From contig JACPKP010000009.1 in the NCBI GenBank assembly GCA_016186955.1, positions 97,595 through 161,594 on the forward strand: a stretch of 64,000 bases of DNA, in the 5' to 3' direction. The notes under the pieces were generated by a model, which ran no database searches, was not told where the DNA came from, and saw only the letters and a program-made list of their open reading frames with translations. A program made the translations under genes and the position numbers. This DNA is from Candidatus Daviesbacteria bacterium. Its GTDB lineage: Bacteria > Patescibacteriota > Microgenomatia > Daviesbacterales > UBA10151. Below, piece after piece: positions 8,457 through 17,311 of the stretch (position 1 is its first letter; the number at the start of each line of letters is the position of its first letter).

Positions 8457-9478
8457 TGGTTGAAATTGATTTGATGGTGACTCTTTGGCCCAGTTTCCCC
8501 CACTTTGAAAGGTTTGCAAACGACCGAAGACTTTCCGGCATCAGGCTAAACAGTGCCATGATGTCTAATCCTGAACTCGAATACGAGCTTGAGATAATAG
8601 ATAAGCTAAAACCTCCTGTTCCGCTTTACTATGATATTAAAGGGCGTCAGCTTAGGGTTACTAAAGTTCATTTAAACCCGGGTTATCTTGATTTAGAGCT
8701 AAACCACCCAATCAGCGTTAATACGCCGACAGTTGTTTTATTTAAAGCAGGGGCGGATGATGCTCTCTTGGAGAGGGTGGAAGAGGATGGTAACCGCTTA
8801 ATATTTTGCGGAGGACCGGAATACATGGTTATTGCAGGCGAGTCGCTGCATATACGTGATAAAAGTTTGAAGGTTGGCGGCCCTCAATTTACAGATTTGG
8901 AGCTTTTAAAGATTGAAAAAGTCAAAAAAGCCGGTTTTAAGCGGTACTGCCTCTCATATGTAGAAAACCAACAAGATGTTGATGAGTTTTTGGATTTAGT
9001 CGGTAGGGAAGCAGAGGTGTATTTAAAAATAGAAAATAAAAAAGGGTTAGAATATGTTAAAAATGAATTTCAAAAACAACCGAATCTATCGCTGATCGCT
9101 GCAAGAGGAGATTTATATGTTGAAACAGATATGCCTCATGAGATCTTGCCTGCTATGAGACTCATAATTGAAAAAGATCCCGGAGCAATGGTTGGTTCCA
9201 GAATACTGCTTTCAGTGGTGGACGCTCCGGTTAAGGATTTAAAAGAAGTATTGGAAGAGCTTCATGAAAATAGACTTGACCACAGCCAGGCTGCACAAAT
9301 CCTTTATTCTATGCTGACAACGACAGTACCCTCCTGTGTTGATTTCTCTGAGTTAGCCTGGCTTTATGATATCGGTTACCGGAAAATGCTACTTTGTGAT
9401 GAACTTTGTTTAAAAGAAAACCTTTTGACAACGGCGGTGAATGTTATTGATGTATTCAGAAGAGAATATAGTCCTTAG
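8456..9478 (+). CDS. Pyruvate-kinase-like TIM-barrel protein (A domain only, no C-terminal domain)
   Basis: Matches PK barrel motifs: IRLNSAMM~ARLNFSHG, YDIKGRQLRV~LDTKGPEIR, KIENKKG~KIENQEG, ARGDLYVE~ARGDLGVE. Only 340 aa. Its start overlaps the vWA stop (TAATG). Confidence 0.55.
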   Translation: MVEIDLMVTLWPSFPHFERFANDRRLSGIRLNSAMMSNPELEYELEIIDKLKPPVPLYYDIKGRQLRVTKVHLNPGYLDLELNHPISVNTPTVVLFKAGADDALLERVEEDGNRLIFCGGPEYMVIAGESLHIRDKSLKVGGPQFTDLELLKIEKVKKAGFKRYCLSYVENQQDVDEFLDLVGREAEVYLKIENKKGLEYVKNEFQKQPNLSLIAARGDLYVETDMPHEILPAMRLIIEKDPGAMVGSRILLSVVDAPVKDLKEVLEELHENRLDHSQAAQILYSMLTTTVPSCVDFSELAWLYDIGYRKMLLCDELCLKENLLTTAVNVIDVFRREYSP

Positions 9479-9484
9479 CGCTTT

Positions 9485-10189
9485 TTAATGCACAAAAACC
9501 CTGGTGCCCGGGTTTTCAGGAGTGGCCCTGACAGCGTTTACACCGGCAGGCACAACCGGCCCGGTCCACTCAAAAACCTCTGCAGCGTTTGCTAATGGTT
9601 CGTTGACACACCCGTGGCTCATAGGATGCCCAAAATTATTGTGCCAATAAGCGCCATGGAGAGCATAACCTTTATAAAAAAAATTATTATTTGGGACATT
9701 GGGCAGGTTATAATAAGTTCCCCATTCTTTTGACCCCCCAACCATTGATTGGTATCTGGTTTTATACCAGATATGAAAAGTCCCTTTCGGGGTTGGAGCC
9801 CATTTTCCTGATGAAATAGGGAATTCCATGACTACCCTGTTGCCTTCCCACGCCCTGACCCTTTGTTCATCTAAAGACACCTCAATCCATTTTTCCTCCC
9901 CGGCAGAGTTAGTAGTACCCAAAATTTTTGTGTCAGGGTTTTGGTTTGGAAGATTGCTTTGTGCGAGTGAGGTTTTGGGATAATCTATGATTTCATTATT
10001 GAAGAAAGCCAAAGAGGCATTTTCATCAAAGTCCCCATTTGAATTTTCTACCTCTTTTTCATTGCAGCAGGAAATAGTATGATCGCCGGAGATTCCTAAT
10101 TTATAGGCAATCTCACGCCTGATTGGCAGGTATGATAAAGCAAAAAATAGAACAGCAACTAAAACCAGTAGGGGCAGAAAACGGTGCAC
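9485..10189 (-). CDS. L,D-transpeptidase (YkuD domain), membrane anchored
   Basis: N-terminal TM helix. Catalytic YkuD motif ...HGAYWHNNFGHPMSHGCVN. GTG start. Confidence 0.8.
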   Translation of the reverse strand: MHRFLPLLVLVAVLFFALSYLPIRREIAYKLGISGDHTISCCNEKEVENSNGDFDENASLAFFNNEIIDYPKTSLAQSNLPNQNPDTKILGTTNSAGEEKWIEVSLDEQRVRAWEGNRVVMEFPISSGKWAPTPKGTFHIWYKTRYQSMVGGSKEWGTYYNLPNVPNNNFFYKGYALHGAYWHNNFGHPMSHGCVNEPLANAAEVFEWTGPVVPAGVNAVRATPENPGTRVFVH

Positions 10190-10267
10190 AGTTTCATTTT
10201 GTGCTTAAACCAGGCTGTATGTCAAGGGGGCGTTTGGAGAATTAAAGTTGTGATAATATATTGGTCA

Positions 10268-11353
10268 ATGCATTGGTTTTGGAAGTTGCTAATTGCCGTG
10301 GGTGTGGCGCTTTTTATCTGGTTTACTGTTTTTTTGATACTCCCCAAGATGATGCCCCAGGAAGTTGTGGCTAACTCAGCAGTGCACGGCTTGCTGATAA
10401 GAAACCAAATTTGGGAAGGGACAATCAGGGTAACAGGGGATTTAATCACCGGTCCCTATACAGTGATAACTTTAAAACCCGGCGCCAAACTTTTAGTGGC
10501 AATAGATGGGGATAAAAGCAATTTTGACCTTTTGCCATGGCATAATAAAAACGGCATTAATGTCAATAAAGAATACAGGGGAGTCAGGCCCGGAGAACCA
10601 TTTTGGAATGAAAAAAATAAGATCCAGCTCCATTTCCACAAGCTGGTGGCTATAGGCACCAAGCAGCAACCAATCATTATCAGTTCTGATGCTGTACCCG
10701 GCAGCCCTTATGATTTTAATGTGATCTCTGTAGACAGCGGTGTTTTATCTAATGCAGTAGTATCAAACTACAGAAGGTTTGAAGTGGGTAAAGATGTTAC
10801 GGTCCGGTCTTCACGGTTGACAAATACAGGGGAGTGTGCAATTTGTATAACTTCGGGGCGGCCCTCTATTATCAACAATGTCTTTAGCAGCAATTTGAGG
10901 GAATATATCCGGGTTGATAGGGGAAGCCCGCAGATTGCAGACAATGAGTTTGAAAAATCAACAGGTGCAGGCATAAGAATAGATCCGGTCCGGATTGGCG
11001 CACCGCTGATCTTCCATAACAACTTTGAGATGTCCCAAACTTTGGCAATAGATGTAGTTGGGGGCGGGGAAAACCAGGGTGGCACAGTTTTTCTGAATAG
11101 ATTTTCAGGAGGGACAATAATTCAGGTTCCTTGCAACAGCAGATTAAAATTTTTACAAAACAGCATACTTGGTGTAGTTTCATTTTCAACCGGCAGTTGT
11201 ATCGGGTCTTATACTTTTGGCTCGAATTATTGGGGCGCCCAAGATTTTCCAACCATTATGTCAGACCAGATTATTTTGAAAGAGAAACAGTTTCGGGTAT
11301 CAATACCGGTAATCCTGAAGGAACCTCCAATTCAGGTTGGCAGAAGAGAGTAA
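10268..11353 (+). CDS. Membrane-anchored right-handed beta-helix repeat protein
   Basis: N-terminal TM helix (MHWFWKLLIAVGVALFIWFTVFLIL). Repeated parallel beta-helix-like segments (NNVFSSNLREYIRVD..., IADNEFEKSTGAGIRID...). Start set at the ATG that avoids overlap with the divergent ldt gene. Confidence 0.45.
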   Translation: MHWFWKLLIAVGVALFIWFTVFLILPKMMPQEVVANSAVHGLLIRNQIWEGTIRVTGDLITGPYTVITLKPGAKLLVAIDGDKSNFDLLPWHNKNGINVNKEYRGVRPGEPFWNEKNKIQLHFHKLVAIGTKQQPIIISSDAVPGSPYDFNVISVDSGVLSNAVVSNYRRFEVGKDVTVRSSRLTNTGECAICITSGRPSIINNVFSSNLREYIRVDRGSPQIADNEFEKSTGAGIRIDPVRIGAPLIFHNNFEMSQTLAIDVVGGGENQGGTVFLNRFSGGTIIQVPCNSRLKFLQNSILGVVSFSTGSCIGSYTFGSNYWGAQDFPTIMSDQIILKEKQFRVSIPVILKEPPIQVGRRE

Positions 11354-11381
11354 GTCTGAATGAGTAGATGCCGTAGAAAGG

Positions 11382-12383
11382 ATGACAAATTCTGTACGTA
11401 ATATTATTTTATGGGTAGGTTGTTTAAGTTTAGTTGTTTTAATGATTGCGGGTTTTTTCTATTTGAAACACCGGCAAGTAAAATTAATCTCACCTATTTT
11501 TGGCATTCCCAAAAATAGGTTTGCCGATAATATCTGGTTTCCTAAAGAAGCTTCAGATGAATCGGAACCTGCCATGTTTTACAAAATCAGCGCCCGCTCG
11601 GCATTTTTTGTAGAAACCCGGACAGGACAGGTTTTGTTTGAAAAGAATGCCCATCAAAAGCTGCCGGTTGCATCACTGGTTAAGATTATGACTGTTATTA
11701 TTGCGCTTGAAAACAGGAGTTTTGATGAAATTTTGCAGGTGTCTGCAAAGGCTGCAAATATGGAACCGGACAGGATGATTTTAATTGAGGGGGAAAAACT
11801 TAGGTTGGAGGAGTTGCTGGATGGTATTTTTCTGGTTTCAGCCAACGATGCGGCCGAGGTTTTAGCGGAAAGGGCAACAGGCAGAAGGGAAGACCTGCCT
11901 GCCCTGACTGCCGTTAGGCAGGCCGGCAGGCAGGAGTTTATCAATTTAATGAATTCTAAAGCTTTGCAACTTGGGATGGGGGATAGTCAGTTTATTAACC
12001 CTACCGGCTTGGAAGAGGATGGGCGTAGCCAGTATTCCAGCGCTTATGATGTTGCTTTGATGGTACGCTATGCGATCTACAAATGGCCTCATTTAGTGGA
12101 AATCTCCTCAAAGCAGCATATTTTTATTCCGGAAACCGATACTCACCAGGATTATGATCTGTATTCGGGGATAAACTTGCTGACAACCTACCCTGGGGTG
12201 TTGGGTTTTAAGACAGGTTATACTCCGGAAGCCGGGCTTACTCTGGCTACCTTAGCAAGAAGGGAAGGGAAGGAGGTTTTAGGAGTGATATTGGGTTCGG
12301 AGGACAGGAGGGATGATGCCAAAGAGCTGTTGGACTATTCTTTTAAAAAATTGGGTGTGAAAAATGAGACTGCATCAGACTAG
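11382..12383 (+). CDS. D-alanyl-D-alanine carboxypeptidase (peptidase S11, PBP5-like)
   Basis: SxxK (ASLVK), SxN (SANDAA) and KTG (FKTGYT) motifs in canonical order. N-terminal TM anchor. Confidence 0.85.
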   Translation: MTNSVRNIILWVGCLSLVVLMIAGFFYLKHRQVKLISPIFGIPKNRFADNIWFPKEASDESEPAMFYKISARSAFFVETRTGQVLFEKNAHQKLPVASLVKIMTVIIALENRSFDEILQVSAKAANMEPDRMILIEGEKLRLEELLDGIFLVSANDAAEVLAERATGRREDLPALTAVRQAGRQEFINLMNSKALQLGMGDSQFINPTGLEEDGRSQYSSAYDVALMVRYAIYKWPHLVEISSKQHIFIPETDTHQDYDLYSGINLLTTYPGVLGFKTGYTPEAGLTLATLARREGKEVLGVILGSEDRRDDAKELLDYSFKKLGVKNETASD

Positions 12384-12489
12384 ATCTTCCCTACTCCCCT
12401 GTTGAGCCTGTGATATTGTGCGACAACGAAAATTAAAGGTGAGAATAAATTGAAATTTTAGTCCAAAATTTGTTATTATACCCGGCAAG

Positions 12490-12675
12490 ATGCAACTTGA
12501 AAGAAAAATTTGTGAGTGCTGTAAGATTCTTTTTCTGCGTCCGTATTTTACGGATTATAGACAATGCTTGAAGTGTCTGGAACCTGAGCCAGAGGAAGGG
12601 GTAGAAAAAACTGCACAACGGCTTTTAGAGCAGGTTTTTCCAGATGGACTTTCAGCCAGTTTGGAACAAGATTGA
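12490..12675 (+). CDS. Small Cys-containing hypothetical protein
   Basis: 61-aa ORF with CECCK...CLKC (possible zinc ribbon). No other support. Confidence 0.25.
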   Translation: MQLERKICECCKILFLRPYFTDYRQCLKCLEPEPEEGVEKTAQRLLEQVFPDGLSASLEQD

Positions 12676-12715
12676 TCACCACCAGTGAAGAATAACAATT
12701 TTGTATAATCTAGAA

Positions 12716-13279
12716 ATGCTGATTGTTTTGCTTTACACGGTAGTTGTTTTATTTGGTTTGGTAATCCCCTGCCTGATTATTTTATATGCTGTTTTTGAGA
12801 TAAGAAGCGGTTTTTTAGGTGCGCCTTATGTACCGACAACCAGTGCCTTTGTGAATGAAATTTTGAAAAAAGCAGCGCTTAAAAAAGGCAATTTTTTTAT
12901 GGAGCTTGGAAGCGGTGACGGGAGGGTGGTGAGGGCAGCTGTCAAAAATTACGGGGTGAGGGGAATGGGAGTAGAACTTAATCCCCTGCTTATAATTTAT
13001 GCTTCCCTACTCGCCCGCCTCCAGGGGCTGCGGGAAATAAAATTTAAAAGGGAGAATTTTTTTGATACTGATTTAAAAAAATGCGATACTCTATTTTTAT
13101 TCTTACTGCCAAAAACTTTGATTAAATTGCGCCCAAAAATAGAGAAGGAATGCAAACGATGTTTGGTCATCTCACACGGGTTTAAAATTGATGGGTGGGA
13201 TAAATATTTAATGGAAAAACAAAACCGCAAACTCTTCCCTACCTATTTTTATGAGATTGCTTCGCTCCGCTCGCAATGA
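12716..13279 (+). CDS. Class I SAM-dependent methyltransferase, small, N-terminal TM helix
   Basis: Motif I FMELGSGDGRVV, motif II GVELNP. The track start at 12701 is TTG, so the in-frame ATG at 12716 is used. Confidence 0.55.
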   Translation: MLIVLLYTVVVLFGLVIPCLIILYAVFEIRSGFLGAPYVPTTSAFVNEILKKAALKKGNFFMELGSGDGRVVRAAVKNYGVRGMGVELNPLLIIYASLLARLQGLREIKFKRENFFDTDLKKCDTLFLFLLPKTLIKLRPKIEKECKRCLVISHGFKIDGWDKYLMEKQNRKLFPTYFYEIASLRSQ

Positions 13280-13328
13280 CGAAAAAAGGGTTGTAGGTTC
13301 AAAAGTTCTATGGTAAAATCTTTTCCAA

Positions 13329-14822
13329 ATGGAGAGAGTAAATTTACACCCGGATCTGCAAAGTAGTGAGTTTAATTTAGATGAAATATGTTTTCCCCCG
13401 CGCAGAATTCCCAATTTTGAATGGAGTGATGTAGACCTTTCGACTCAACTGACACGAAATATCCGCCTTCGGGGTATTCCGCTACTAAGCTCTCCAATGG
13501 ATACAGTGACTGGTTCAAAAATGGCAATACTGATGGCTTTAATGGGAGGAATTGGGGTCATCCATTATAACTTTCCGACAATTGAAGATCAGATGAAAGA
13601 GGTAGAAAAAGTAAGAAAATTTGAGGCAGGCTTTGTGAAAAACCCGGCAGTGATATCTCCCAAAATAAAAATAAGCCAGGTGATTGAGCTTATTAATCAG
13701 AATGGATTTTCCAGTTACCCTGTTACCGAAGATGGGACACTGCAAACTAAACTGGTTGGTATGGTGACTGAAAAAGATATTTTTGACAATTTAGAATTGG
13801 GTGTTAGTTTAGACAGCAAAGTCAACAAAATCATGACTACTGCAGAAAATCTAGTAACTGAAAGTAGAAAAAATACTTTAGATAAAAATGATATAAAAGC
13901 AGCAAATAAAAAAATTAGGGAAACGCATATTGATACGTTGCCGATTGTGGATAAAGATTTTAAGTTGGCAGCGTTGGTTACAAGAAGTGATTTAGATAAA
14001 AACCGGGAATTTGAATTAGCGACTAAGGATGAAAATAAACAATTAAAAGTTTTAGTTGCTGTTGAGTCCAGGTTTAATAATGTGAAAGAAAGAATTGCGC
14101 AAGCAGCTTATTATGGGGCGACAGGTATTGTTGTAGACTCCCGGAATATTTATGAAGATGGTATTCCAACTGCAAAATTTACCAAAAAAGAATTCCCGGG
14201 CCTTGAGGTCGTTTTAGGAAATTTAGTTACAGCAGAAGTTGCTAAAGATGTGTTTGAAAGATGTATTGTTGATGGGCTTAGGGTTGGGATGGGAGGGGGT
14301 AAAGTTTGTATAACAGCAGAAAGACTGGGGCTCACAAGAGATTTGGGGGCTGCCACAAGGGATGTGGCAGAGGTGAGGAATTTTTATATAAGGAAAAGTG
14401 GATATGTGGGTCTTTGGATAGATGGTGGGGTAGAATACCCAAAGCATTTTGTGGGTGGAATGATCCTTGGGGCAGATGGGGCAATGATGGGAACTGAGTT
14501 AGCCGGGCTTGAAGAATCCCCGGGGAACAGGATTTTAGATGATAGGGGATTGTTGGTAAAAACAGTTAGAGGTATGGGTTCTCCACAAGCAATAATGGAA
14601 AGACAAGGTGCTTCAAGATATGGGTTAGAAAATGTCAAGCTGCGCAGATACCCTGAAGGTATTGAAAAAAAAGTGCCATATAAAGGGGACGGCTTAGATT
14701 ATTTAAATGAGATGTTGTGTGGAATTAAACAAGCTATGCATGGGTTGGGATGTAAAAACATTAAAGAACTCCGGCTTCATGGTTATATTGCGCCCTGGCA
14801 CCGCTCACCCCTAAAGTCCTGA
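13329..14822 (+). CDS. guaB: Inosine-5'-monophosphate dehydrogenase (IMPDH, CBS-pair containing)
   Basis: N-terminal LSTQLTRNIRL...PLLSSPMDTVTGSKMAI...GGIGVIHYN, CBS pair, catalytic-loop region GMGGGKVCITAE, GGMILGADGAMMGTELAG. Ends in a TGA stop. Confidence 0.8.
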   Translation: MERVNLHPDLQSSEFNLDEICFPPRRIPNFEWSDVDLSTQLTRNIRLRGIPLLSSPMDTVTGSKMAILMALMGGIGVIHYNFPTIEDQMKEVEKVRKFEAGFVKNPAVISPKIKISQVIELINQNGFSSYPVTEDGTLQTKLVGMVTEKDIFDNLELGVSLDSKVNKIMTTAENLVTESRKNTLDKNDIKAANKKIRETHIDTLPIVDKDFKLAALVTRSDLDKNREFELATKDENKQLKVLVAVESRFNNVKERIAQAAYYGATGIVVDSRNIYEDGIPTAKFTKKEFPGLEVVLGNLVTAEVAKDVFERCIVDGLRVGMGGGKVCITAERLGLTRDLGAATRDVAEVRNFYIRKSGYVGLWIDGGVEYPKHFVGGMILGADGAMMGTELAGLEESPGNRILDDRGLLVKTVRGMGSPQAIMERQGASRYGLENVKLRRYPEGIEKKVPYKGDGLDYLNEMLCGIKQAMHGLGCKNIKELRLHGYIAPWHRSPLKS

Positions 14823-14859
14823 TTGACATAAATTTCCAAAACAAATATATTCCATTTGC

Positions 14860-15639
14860 ATGAGAAAACCTGAAGTTATCGCTGTTTGCGGAGGGCAATG
14901 GGGAGATGAGGGTAAGGGGATTACGCAAGATGAGATCGAAGATAGAATTGCAGTTGCCCGTATTCCAGTTGAACAGGAATTTGGTAGTTTACCAGTTTTT
15001 AAAGTTAAACAAGGTAGGTTTATTAATGAAGTCCCTTTTCGTATAGACCCTGACTATAGAACAAACGATTGGGTTTTTAGGTTTTATCCTAAGTGGAGGG
15101 GATGGGAGCCAGGAACTAATGAGAAATATTTGGCTTATGCTTTTCCGCATGATTTAATACATTTTTATCAATTGGAGAGTTATTCAAAGAGATTAGGAGT
15201 TTTTAGAATTATGCCCAAAGCATTTCATCTAGTTTATGCACAAATTTTTGCTGATTGGTTAGAGGGCGCTGCAGATTTATCAACCTGGAAAGTTATATAC
15301 AATATTCTAAATTCCCAAAATGATTTTTTGGCGACTAATCAAGATGGACTTGGCAAATATTTCTCGGACAGGTTAGCAATGGTTTTAACAGGATTAAAAA
15401 AAGAAAAATTAATTGAAAACTCATCAATAAGCGATCTTGGTCTTCCTTTTTATCTTCCAGAGAATATGGGAAAATCTGCCAACCAACTAGCTGAACAATT
15501 GAAAATGAAAAAATCCGACAGATATGCTAGGGGTGTTTTGAGGAGCGCTAGCATTATATCGAAAACAGGCATCTCCCTTAAAGAATTATTACAGACCCCT
15601 ATGAGTAATAAGGAGTTAAAACAAAAGGCAGGGATTTAA
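14860..15639 (+). CDS. Hypothetical protein whose first 20 codons are a copy of the purA N-terminus
   Basis: 14860-14920 is near-identical (2 mismatches) to the purA 5' end 15641-15701 (MRKPEVIAVCGGQWGDEGKG), then diverges into a 240-aa sequence I could not assign. Stops 1 nt before the purA ATG. Confidence 0.4.
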   Translation: MRKPEVIAVCGGQWGDEGKGITQDEIEDRIAVARIPVEQEFGSLPVFKVKQGRFINEVPFRIDPDYRTNDWVFRFYPKWRGWEPGTNEKYLAYAFPHDLIHFYQLESYSKRLGVFRIMPKAFHLVYAQIFADWLEGAADLSTWKVIYNILNSQNDFLATNQDGLGKYFSDRLAMVLTGLKKEKLIENSSISDLGLPFYLPENMGKSANQLAEQLKMKKSDRYARGVLRSASIISKTGISLKELLQTPMSNKELKQKAGI

Positions 15640-15640
15640 G

Positions 15641-17029
15641 ATGAGAAAACCTGAAGTTATCGCTGTTTGCGGGGGGCAATGGGGGGATGAGGGTAAGGGG
15701 AAGATTATAGATTATCTTGCACAGGAGGCAGATGTTGTCATCAGGGCCCAGGGTGGAGACAACGCCGGGCATACAGTTGTAAATCCGTTTGGTAAGTTTG
15801 GGCTTCATCTTATACCTGCAGGAATTTTTAACCCTTTCACGGAAAACATTATCGGTGCAGGTGTTGCCTTAAATCCCAAGAGTTTAATGGAGGAGATGGA
15901 AAATTTAAGTCAGCATGGGGTGCCTTTAGATAATTTAAAAATCAGTCCCAAAGCACATCTGGTTTTTGATTATCACGAAGAGTTAGACAAGCTGCAGGAA
16001 CAGTTAAAAGGTAACGGAAAAATAGGGACAACCGGACGCGGGATAGGCCCCTGCTATATGGATAAGGCTGAAAGGGTGGGGTTGCGGGCAGAACTTTTGA
16101 CCGGCGACCCCTACATTCTGCTTGATGAAATGAGTAAAGCTCTAAAATCAAAGAGGGATGCGTTGGTTGGCAGAAATCTCGCAGCAGCGGTTGATAGTTA
16201 TCTTGAAAGCGAATATGGCGGGGGGCCGGGATTTATTTCCAATGAAGATATCGGCAGGATGGTAGTGGTGAGTGCGGATTTGATTCCCGACTCATTCCAT
16301 GCAGAATATTATGAAGAGTTAATTTTAAATGCGCACAGGCTGCTTGCCCCTATAATCACAGACACTGATGAAATTGTGCACCAGCGCCTGAATAAGAATT
16401 CGCGGATTTTGATTGAAGGGGCGCATGGGACTCTTTTGGATTTGGATCATGGAACATACCCAATGGTAACTTCATCAAGCCCGACAGTGGCCGGGCTACT
16501 TTTGGGTTCAGGGATCCCCCCTAAATATTTAACACGCTCGATAGGGGTGTTTAAAGCTTACCAAACCAGGGTTGGCGCAGGTGGCATGCCAACAGAGCTA
16601 AAAGATGCACAAGGTGAGTTAATCAGGCAGAAAGGGCATGAATTTGGGACTACCACAGGCAGGCCAAGAAGGGTGGGATATTTTGACACGTTAGCTTGGG
16701 AATACGCAATGAAAATGAATGGTTTTTCAGAAATTGCCCTGACAAGACTTGATATCTTATCAGGAGTCGGAGACTTAAAGATCTGTTATGAATATGAGCA
16801 TAAAGGAGAAATTTTAGAAAGCTTTCCAACTGATTCAAGAATTCTGGGTGAATGTAGCGCTCGTTATCTGGAAAATGATAAGAAAGAAGGTTGGGATGAG
16901 GATATCAGCGGAGTAAGGAGATTTGAGGATTTACCGCTTAATGCTCAGAATTATATAGGGAGTACTATTGCAAAACCAAAATTCGTTGGTGTTGGTGAGA
17001 AAAGGGAAGACCTAATTATTATAAAATAA
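15641..17029 (+). CDS. purA: Adenylosuccinate synthetase
   Basis: P-loop GGQWGDEGKGK, GDNAGHTV, TTGRGIGP, full-length family architecture. Confidence 0.9.
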   Translation: MRKPEVIAVCGGQWGDEGKGKIIDYLAQEADVVIRAQGGDNAGHTVVNPFGKFGLHLIPAGIFNPFTENIIGAGVALNPKSLMEEMENLSQHGVPLDNLKISPKAHLVFDYHEELDKLQEQLKGNGKIGTTGRGIGPCYMDKAERVGLRAELLTGDPYILLDEMSKALKSKRDALVGRNLAAAVDSYLESEYGGGPGFISNEDIGRMVVVSADLIPDSFHAEYYEELILNAHRLLAPIITDTDEIVHQRLNKNSRILIEGAHGTLLDLDHGTYPMVTSSSPTVAGLLLGSGIPPKYLTRSIGVFKAYQTRVGAGGMPTELKDAQGELIRQKGHEFGTTTGRPRRVGYFDTLAWEYAMKMNGFSEIALTRLDILSGVGDLKICYEYEHKGEILESFPTDSRILGECSARYLENDKKEGWDEDISGVRRFEDLPLNAQNYIGSTIAKPKFVGVGEKREDLIIIK

Positions 17030-17034
17030 CTTAT

Positions 17035-17310
17035 ATGACTGAAAGAATGCCCTTTGACCAGGAAGAGATGGCTAAGATTTTTCAGAAAGCTGAAAAACAG
17101 CAACAGTTTTGGGATGGACATTATCAGGATTTTGTAAAACAAAAAAAGTATTTAAATAAATTTGTGGCGGTAAATAATCAAGATGGGCAGGTGGTAGCCT
17201 ACAGCAAAGATTTGCTTAAGGTTTTAGATAAAATAAAAGGGAAAGGGTTGAGTTTAAACGAAGTTTGGGTGAGGTTCATCACCGATAACCCGCAGAAGCT
17301 GATGTTGTAA
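17035..17310 (+). CDS. Hypothetical small protein
   Basis: 91-aa ORF packed tightly after purA. No recognisable motif. Confidence 0.35.
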   Translation: MTERMPFDQEEMAKIFQKAEKQQQFWDGHYQDFVKQKKYLNKFVAVNNQDGQVVAYSKDLLKVLDKIKGKGLSLNEVWVRFITDNPQKLML

Positions 17311-17311
17311 A

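Noticed and set aside
10184-10267. Upstream 28 codons of the beta-helix protein ORF (start at 10184)
   Set aside because: This would overlap the divergent L,D-transpeptidase start. The ATG at 10268 immediately precedes the TM helix and is the more plausible start.
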